A DNA stretch of 5,100 nt from positions 1 through 5,100 of the forward strand of contig NW_021830366.1 of assembly GCF_006345805.1 (NCBI RefSeq). Reading direction: 5' to 3'. Below the pieces are notes generated by a model that did no database searches, had not been told where the DNA came from, and saw nothing but the letters and a program-made list of their open reading frames with translations. This document shows positions 1-5,100 of this stretch, piece by piece (within the stretch, counting starts at the first letter, position 1; every line of letters begins with the position of its first letter). Position numbers and translations under genes: made by a program. The DNA is from Octopus sinensis. Its lineage: Eukaryota.

Positions 1-40
1 TTTCGATTCCCGGCCGAGGTAGATATCCGCTTTTTTTTTT
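1..40 (+). other. 3' end of a tRNA-like or tRNA-derived SINE head (B-box/T-arm and acceptor strand) followed by a Pol III terminator-like T10; truncated by the window edge
   Basis: 2-21 TTCGATTCCCGGCCGAGGTA differs at 2 positions from the recalled invertebrate tRNA-Gly(GCC) 3' end TTCGATTCCCGGCCGATGCA. Position 1 is T where G53 is expected. T10 at 31-40 follows after a 9-nt trailer. Confidence 0.45.
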
Positions 41-661
41 ATTTAGGAATGAATAAAAAGACAAGCCGTGGCCTTTGACTGTTTCAGTTTCTTCAAAAAT
101 GATGTCTCTGTTGCAGTTGACACCCGATCTAACAACTCCAGGTTCGAGTTTATTTAGAAAATCTGGTTGCAGAAAAATCAGGGTCTTTTGAGAATACTAT
201 CTAAGGAGTGACCTCCCCTGAATGTAGCCAAAAGCCTGAAGTTTATCCTGGTGACATTTCATGCCCAATATCCACTTTACCCATGCTGCTAATGACCTTC
301 AGAAAAGCGTGAATGTCACAGAATCCCCCTTATAAACATGAAGCTGGTAACCAAGCGAAACTTTAATATCTTAATATTTGTGTGAGTAAAACAGTTCATT
401 GATATCAGCTCAGTATGATATCCTCTCCATGACAACATAAAGAATGTTTTAGAGAATTCTGGTTGCGTTGTATTAACAGGAATATATAATTAATATTGTT
501 CTGCAGCTTGTGTAGAAATAATAATTCTGAATCAAATTTAAAATATTGATTAAATAATTTAAGATTTCAAAATATATCGACAAAGAAACACAAATGGAGA
601 GGATTAAACAATCTAAATAACCTGATGGAATAAACAAATTTCTGCAGTAGATTAACAGTTA

Positions 662-882
662 CACATACATACATACATACTACATACATACATACATACA
701 TACATACATACATACATAAATACATACATACAGACTACATACTACTACATACATAACATACATACATACATACATAAATACATTATACGTACATACATAC
801 ATACATACATACATACACACACCACATACATACTACATACTACATACATCATACATACATACATACATACTACATACATACA

Positions 883-918
<36 letters not shown>

Positions 919-945
919 TATAAATATACATACATACATACACAC
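662..945 (+). repeat. (TACA)n tetranucleotide microsatellite with recurrent interruptions
   Basis: About 280 bp of CATA/TACA units, with repeated single-base-deleted TACATAC units and TAAA/CAGA/CACA variants. Confidence 0.97.
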
Positions 946-1009
946 ATAAGCATGTCTACGTACTTATATAACTGATATTATCACAATCGACATATACATA
1001 CATCTTTGG

Positions 1010-1043
1010 GTGTATGTGTCTGTGTGTGTGTGTGTGTGTGTGT
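1010..1043 (+). repeat. (TG)n dinucleotide microsatellite
   Basis: Pure (TG)11 at 1021-1042 with a degenerate TG lead-in. Confidence 0.95.
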
Positions 1044-1045
1044 AA

Positions 1046-1130
1046 GATATAGATAATAGATAGATAGATAGATGATAGATCATATCTATATATATGATCT
1101 ATCTATCTATCATCTATCTATCTATCTATA
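1046..1130. repeat. (GATA)n-(AT)n-(TATC)n inverted microsatellite module 1
   Basis: GATA units at about 1052-1080 and TATC units at about 1097-1128. Perfect 12-bp arms GATAGATCATAT (1074-1085) and ATATGATCTATC (1092-1103) flank a 6-nt spacer. Confidence 0.92.
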
Positions 1131-1171
1131 CACGCACACACATACATACACACAAATATGTATGTATTGTC

Positions 1172-1273
1172 TATAGATAGATAGATAGATAGATAGATGA
1201 TAGATAGATAGATAGATAGATAGATCTATATATATATATGATCTATCTATATATCTATATATATATATATATG

Positions 1274-1330
<57 letters not shown>

Positions 1331-1377
1331 CTATCTATATATATATATATAGATATATATATATATATATATATATA
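1172..1377. repeat. (GATA)n-(AT)n-(TATC)n inverted microsatellite module 2, followed by (TA)n
   Basis: GATA units at about 1173-1225, AT-rich core 1226-1272, TATC units at about 1274-1337, (TA)n at about 1336-1377 with one G interruption. Confidence 0.92.
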
Positions 1378-1754
1378 AATGGAAAAGTGACTGTGAAATA
1401 ATGTGAACAATAGATTTCAGCAGTTTCTTTTATTTCAGTGAAATATTTTAAAGGATTTAAAAAAATAAATTCTTCCTTTCATTTGATGTATTTCTACATG
1501 GTTTATTCGTTTAGAAATTTTTACTAATTGATATGAATTTTCATACATATTAAATGAAGTGTTGTTGATGTCACTGTTGTTGTTATCGTTACTATATTCT
1601 TATTAATATCGATCAACATGATAAAACTGTTTTCATTGTAAATATAAAACGAAGCAACTTTTTTAACTGCACAAGAGGGATTTTTTAATCATATTTTTCG
1701 AAAATTTTGAAAGCAATAGAAGAAAGGATTAAAGAAATGTAAAGGAGTTTAGGA

Positions 1755-2180
1755 TTATTGAATGGAAGAAGGTTTTGGTTTTAAGAAAAGAGTTTAGGAT
1801 TACATAACAGAAGTGGACGAGAATAAGAGATGTAAGATTATTGGGTAAAATGACTGTGTGATGGGAATTAATATGCGGTTTAGGATAAAGTTTAGTAAAC
1901 AAGTAAGGATTAAGATTTGGAGATTAACTATCACACAGTAACGTCTATGTTGTATGAGGCTTGTGAGTAAGAAATAACACTGAAATGACTAAGAACTACA
2001 CAGTAGGAGCACATCTGTTTGTAAAAGCCATTCTGAGAAAAGTGTTACGAATATGGAATTGGTGAAAATAAGAGTGAAGAAATGCTTGAATTGGAGAAGA
2101 GGATGAAGAAGACTTAAGAGTAACATGGTTATAGGAAACGAACGGCAGCGATTAACAATGACAGAATAAAAAGATATGTG
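1755..2180 (+). mobile_element. Heavily decayed RTE-clade non-LTR retrotransposon (LINE) fragment, region C-terminal to the RT core
   Basis: Purine-rich + strand. Manual translation across frameshifts gives, in order: ITEVDENKRCKIIG (1804-1845), FSKQVRIKIWRLT (1891-1929), SMLYEACE* (1944-1970), AILRKVLRIW (2027-2056), NKSEEMLE (2067-2090). This is colinear with the recalled RTE consensus EIKRRIG...ISxxTKLRIY...SVLLYGCETW...CLRRILGIxW.D.VSNEEVL. Judged by eye only. Confidence 0.5.
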
Positions 2181-2234
2181 ATATATACACGTATATAAAT
2201 ACATATGTATGGCTATTGTACCATGAATGTGTGT

Positions 2235-2350
2235 ATCACACACAAATACATCACACACACAGATACATCACACACCCAGATACATCACACACACACAGAT
2301 GCATCACACACATAGGTATATCACACCTATAGATACATCACACACTTATA
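2235..2350 (+). repeat. About 17-bp minisatellite, 7 copies, consensus ATCACACACACAGATAC
   Basis: Units start at 2235, 2250, 2267, 2284, 2303, 2320 and 2337 (spacings 15, 17, 17, 19, 17, 17). Confidence 0.9.
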
Positions 2351-2478
2351 CACAATAGTACACACATACATACATACATGCACATATGTCTTTATAAATA
2401 TACAAACGCTAAAATATACAAATAGACATTTCTATATATTCATATACACGCAGAGCTACACACACGTGTGCACGCACA
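2351..2478. repeat. Degenerate CA/TA low-complexity tract
   Basis: Mixed TACA/CACA/TATA units, ending at the palindrome CACACGTGTG (2461-2470). Confidence 0.7.
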
Positions 2479-2503
2479 TTCGTATTCAACAGTTCGAGAG
2501 TGG

Positions 2504-2580
2504 AAAAAATGAAAAGATCCTCAAAGTAGTATCGAACCAAGAGCCCCTTGCTAACGAGGACTTCCCTATTTTCCACATTA
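2504..2580 (-). other. Degenerate tRNA-like Pol III head (B-box plus downstream T-runs), probably a SINE remnant
   Basis: Minus strand GGTTCGATAC (2538..2529) matches the B-box. T4 (2515..2512) and T6 (2509..2504) follow. A weak A-box-like TGGAAAATAGG lies at 2575..2565. No intact cloverleaf could be built. Confidence 0.3.
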
Positions 2581-2769
2581 GGTGTAAATCTATTGTAGGC
2601 AACCTCACAAGTCCTGCATGAGATTTCTTCATGCAGGGCTATTTTTCCACCATGAATATCTGACAGAACATAATAAATGGAAGAACGAATCCAAAACTAT
2701 TGAAGCAGATTTTAAGATGGAATCCTTTACTCGGGAATTCTTATGTAAGACACAGTCTTCGTTTGAATT

Positions 2770-2850
2770 TATTAGTTAATAAAAAGGGTGAAGGCCAAGT
2801 CGAGGAGTTTGGTAAACAACCTCGCTCTACCAGTTGTACCATCCAGTATA
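2770..2850 (-). mobile_element. Degenerate tRNA-derived SINE fragment
   Basis: Minus strand has a D-arm-like TGGTACAACTGGTAGAGCG followed by TCGACTTGGCCTTCACCCTTT. The latter resembles TCGACTTTGCCTTTCATCCTTT, which I recall from an abundant Octopus SINE (memory, not a search). Confidence 0.3.
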
Positions 2851-2905
2851 ATATATATGTGTGTGTGTGCATGTGTGTTATATCATACATATATATAATA
2901 TATAG
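2847..2905. repeat. Compound (TA)n/(TG)n microsatellite
   Basis: TATAATATATAT-GTGTGTGTGTGCATGTGTG-TTATATCATACATATATATAATATATAG. Confidence 0.85.
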
Positions 2906-3164
2906 TTTCTAGTATATTATTATGTTATATGGCTGGTAAAGTTTCTAATAAAGAAGAGGGACCAAAGTTGTAACCTCTTCTACACAAATCGAGCCTTACG
3001 TCTGCTGCAAACTATATATAGCAGTGCTAGCCCTACACCGAGGTGACTTAGCAACTTCAACCATCTAAATTTGAAGCTTTAAGCTTAAATGCTAGGTATC
3101 CTCATAACCAGTGCCCCGTCAAAGGGAAACCCTGTCCACACAACAGGTTATCAAAATAGAGTGT

Positions 3165-3237
3165 TATACATATTCATACATATATATGTATGTATATGTG
3201 CATATATATGTATATGTGTGTGTGTGTGTGTGTGTGT
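3165..3237. repeat. Compound TA/TATG tract and (TG)11
   Basis: 18-bp palindrome CATACATATATATGTATG (3175-3192) and pure (TG)11 at 3215-3236. Confidence 0.9.
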
Positions 3238-3340
3238 AACAGTGTAGAGGTGGACTTGTTGAGTAATGATGGTATATTTAAATAAAAGGTTTACTTTCAG
3301 TGAAAGGACTAACGACAGATGCGCTATATTCTTACTCTAT

Positions 3341-3580
3341 CCGCTATCTGTTTAAAATAGCAGTTAGATGTCACTAAGGGAGCCGATTAACAAAAGGGAG
3401 GGCATTAAGTAATATGGTCATGAATATACTGTGTCCGTAAAAAAGGAGGGATGCTCATGGATGGAGCGCCTTTAAACGTATGTTCTGCTCGACCAGAACT
3501 GTCCTGAATCTACATAACGGTATCAATAATAACAAAAATAACAATCACAACAATACCACCCGCAGCAACAATAACAACTG
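3341..3580 (+). mobile_element. 3' part of a retroposon (SINE/LINE-tail type) ending in a degenerate (AAC/AAT)n tail
   Basis: A unique-looking body ends ...CATGGATGGAGCGCCTTTAAACGTATGTTCTGCTCGACCAGAACTGTCCTG, then an AAC/AAT-rich tail at about 3523-3578. The body resembles an abundant Octopus repeat as I recall it (...CATGGCTGGAATGCCTTTGATCATAGGTCTGCTCGATCAGGGCTGACCTGGGGCTAAACAACAAC). A small hairpin GTTCTG/CAGAAC is at 3482-3499. Confidence 0.5.
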
Positions 3581-4371
3581 CAGTAAATAGCCACCTGTGT
3601 ATTATATTTAAAATCTATACACCCTTGAAAAATATGATATTGAGATTTTTGCCAGAGAGAAAATCCCTCCATAAACATATCGGAGCCGATAAAGCCGAAA
3701 CGTGGCTGACGTTCCTGTGAGTTACTGCTGGGGTAATGCTCGCCGCGCTCTGATATATATATATAGTATTTTTAACAAAGCATGTCTATGAAAGATTTTT
3801 TTTTTCTGACAGAAACTACAGCGTTATACCTTTCTACGATGTATACATTCGTTAAGTATGGATACCCAGATAGTTATCTGCTGTTTGTTGTTGCTATTTT
3901 ACTGGGAGAGACACGGGAACCAGAAGAGATTTTCGTTGGCATAAATCTGGAAGTATTTATTGGATTGTATACAAATGTTGTGTTCGTCGGTGGATGTTGT
4001 AATAAAATAAGTTGCAATTTATTAAAAAAAAAAAGGTGGGAGGGGGATAAAAGAAAGGAATGTTAAGTGAAAGAAATGTGAACAGTGAGTGGAGCGGGGT
4101 GGAAATGTAAGTGTGGGGAGGGGGTCACGGTGGAGGAAAGACAAACAAGTAAGACATATTGTGTGATTTATCTCGACTTGATAATGTCAAATGATAGACT
4201 TACATAGTGACACTGGAAGGTTTAGGGCGACTGGAGGGAGATTAAGGTCCTGTTGTCAATAGTTAAATGAATTTGATAAAAGTAAAATGTCTGGAACAAA
4301 AGGGACTTTGGTATTATTAGGGGTTGAAAGAAAATAACATAGTAACTTATCTAGAGATCAGAAGCCGCGGC

Positions 4372-4434
<63 letters not shown>

Positions 4435-4504
4435 TGTTGTTGTTGTTGTTGTAGTTGCGTTGTAGTTGTTGTACTGGCAGTATCAACAGCAGCAGCAGCT
4501 GTTC

Positions 4505-4577
<73 letters not shown>

Positions 4578-4593
4578 TGGTGGTGGTGGAGGT
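4372..4593 (+). repeat. Compound trinucleotide microsatellite (AGT)21-(TGT)6-mixed-(GCA)3-(TTA)13-(GTA)10-(GGT)n
   Basis: (AGT)21 4372-4434, (TGT)6 4435-4452, (GCA)3 4489-4497, (TTA)13 4507-4545, (GTA)10 4546-4575, GGT/GGA 4579-4593. Confidence 0.97.
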
Positions 4594-4673
4594 AGAGAAG
4601 TGAACGAATAGAAGATAAGGAAAAGACGAATACAGAGCGTTAGGAAAAGAAAACCACTGAGGTTTGATATAAA

Positions 4674-4832
4674 CACACACACACATACACACACACGCAC
4701 ACACATATGCACATACACAATCATATGCACGCTGACACAAACTACAAAAGCATATACCTACATGCACACACATGTGTGCGTGTGTATATGTATAGAATAT
4801 ATATATATATTATATATATATAATATATTAAT
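4674..4832. repeat. Degenerate (CA)n/(TG)n followed by an (AT)n tract
   Basis: CA-rich 4674-4772 with the palindrome CACACATGTGTG (4767-4778); interrupted (AT)n at about 4797-4830. Confidence 0.88.
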
Positions 4833-5100
4833 CAAAATAAAAACATGATGCCAAGGATTCAGCGGTACATATGTTTCGGGCCTTTATTAGACGGATTTAT
4901 AATAATGCATAATGTGCGTCTGTGGCCTTCTTCAGCCGCGCACAACTACTTCTTCAAGGACATGTATTACTCAAAAATTCTTGTTGGGGATGCAAATCCT
5001 CTCATTCGCGACGACGTAATGCGGCAACAGCATAAAACTGAAGCGTCCATCTCGTTCTTCTCTAGCTAGTCGTAAAAATCAATGCGACGCTGGTGACCAG
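4833..5100 (-). mobile_element. Probable terminal (pseudo-LTR-like) segment of a Penelope-like element or retrozyme-type element; continues beyond the right edge
   Basis: Carries the hammerhead motif. CpG-rich: 16 CpG in 4861-5100 by hand count, against 4 in 1381-1680. Abuts an (AT)n microsatellite. No RT or GIY-YIG coding sequence is recognisable inside the window. Confidence 0.45.
4862..4939 (-). ncRNA. Type I hammerhead ribozyme motif with palindromic helix III and extended helix II
   Basis: Minus strand reads GCGG-CUGAAGA-A-GGCC-AC-AGACG-(23 nt)-CGUCU-AAUAAA-GGCC-C-GAAA-CAUAUGU-A-CCGC. Helix I: GCGG (4939..4936) with CCGC (4865..4862). Core CUGAAGA (4935..4929). Helix II: GGCC/GGCC and AGACG/CGUCU. 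GAAA (4877..4874). Helix III: ACAUAUGU (4874..4867), self-complementary. Triplet GUA, with predicted cleavage between + positions 4866 and 4865. The 10.1-11.1 pair is A.C instead of G-C. Confidence 0.75.

Noticed and set aside
745-945. 66-aa minus-strand ORF (MCMYVC...)
   Set aside because: Translation of the (TACA)n microsatellite.
1989-2258. 89-aa minus-strand ORF
   Set aside because: Starts in the minisatellite and reads antisense through the purine-rich LINE-like relic, which explains its F/L/S richness.
2235-2350. CRISPR-like regular spacing
   Set aside because: Units are contiguous tandem copies without unique spacers, and the context is eukaryotic.
2700-2912. 70-aa plus-strand ORF
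   Set aside because: TTG start, runs into TG/TA microsatellite, no recognisable motif.
3069-3090. Tandem AAGCTT sites forming a small imperfect inverted repeat
   Set aside because: Short, 1-nt loop and a bulge; expected by chance in AT-rich DNA.
3020-3110. Possible further degenerate SINE copy on the minus strand (TAGCATTT...TTCAAATT...GGTTGAAGTTGC)
   Set aside because: Similarity to a recalled consensus is too weak to support without an alignment.
3782-4066. 94-aa ORF and the acceptor-like T9CTGACAG near 3812
   Set aside because: No recognisable domain and no convincing matching donor site; the C-terminus derives from an A-run and purine tract.
4036-4136. Possible G-quadruplex in the G-rich tract
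   Set aside because: Only three closely spaced runs of 3 or more G (4096-4099, 4115-4118, 4120-4124); the canonical four-run pattern is not met.
4324-4773. Three overlapping ORFs with poly-S/C/L/V/G, poly-T/N/Q/L and poly-Y runs
   Set aside because: All are translations of the compound trinucleotide and CA repeats.
4947-4957. Near-duplicate of the hammerhead core box on the minus strand (UUGAAGAAG; CTTCTTCA repeated 22 bp apart)
   Set aside because: C3 is replaced by U and no helices form, so it is not a second ribozyme.
4845-5069. 74-aa plus-strand ORF (MMPRIQRY...)
   Set aside because: No recognisable homology and antisense to the hammerhead motif, which better explains the sequence. It cannot be fully excluded without a search.

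Overview
AT-rich, microsatellite-dense eukaryotic non-coding DNA with no credible intact protein-coding gene. All eight track ORFs come from simple repeats or lack support. The repeat types and SINE-like remnants suggest a coleoid cephalopod (Octopus-like) genome; this is inference from recalled sequences, not a search. The window is a patchwork of microsatellites, a 17-bp minisatellite, decayed LINE/SINE remnants and tRNA-like 3' ends. The main signal is a type I hammerhead ribozyme motif on the minus strand at 4939..4862. It has CUGAAGA and GAAA core boxes, a GUA cleavage triplet, a 4-bp helix I, a palindromic helix III (ACAUAUGU) of the dimer-forming Penelope/retrozyme type, and an unusually long helix II containing AAUAAA. 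It lies in a CpG-rich segment that abuts an (AT)n tract and runs off the right edge, consistent with the terminal repeat of a Penelope-like or retrozyme element.
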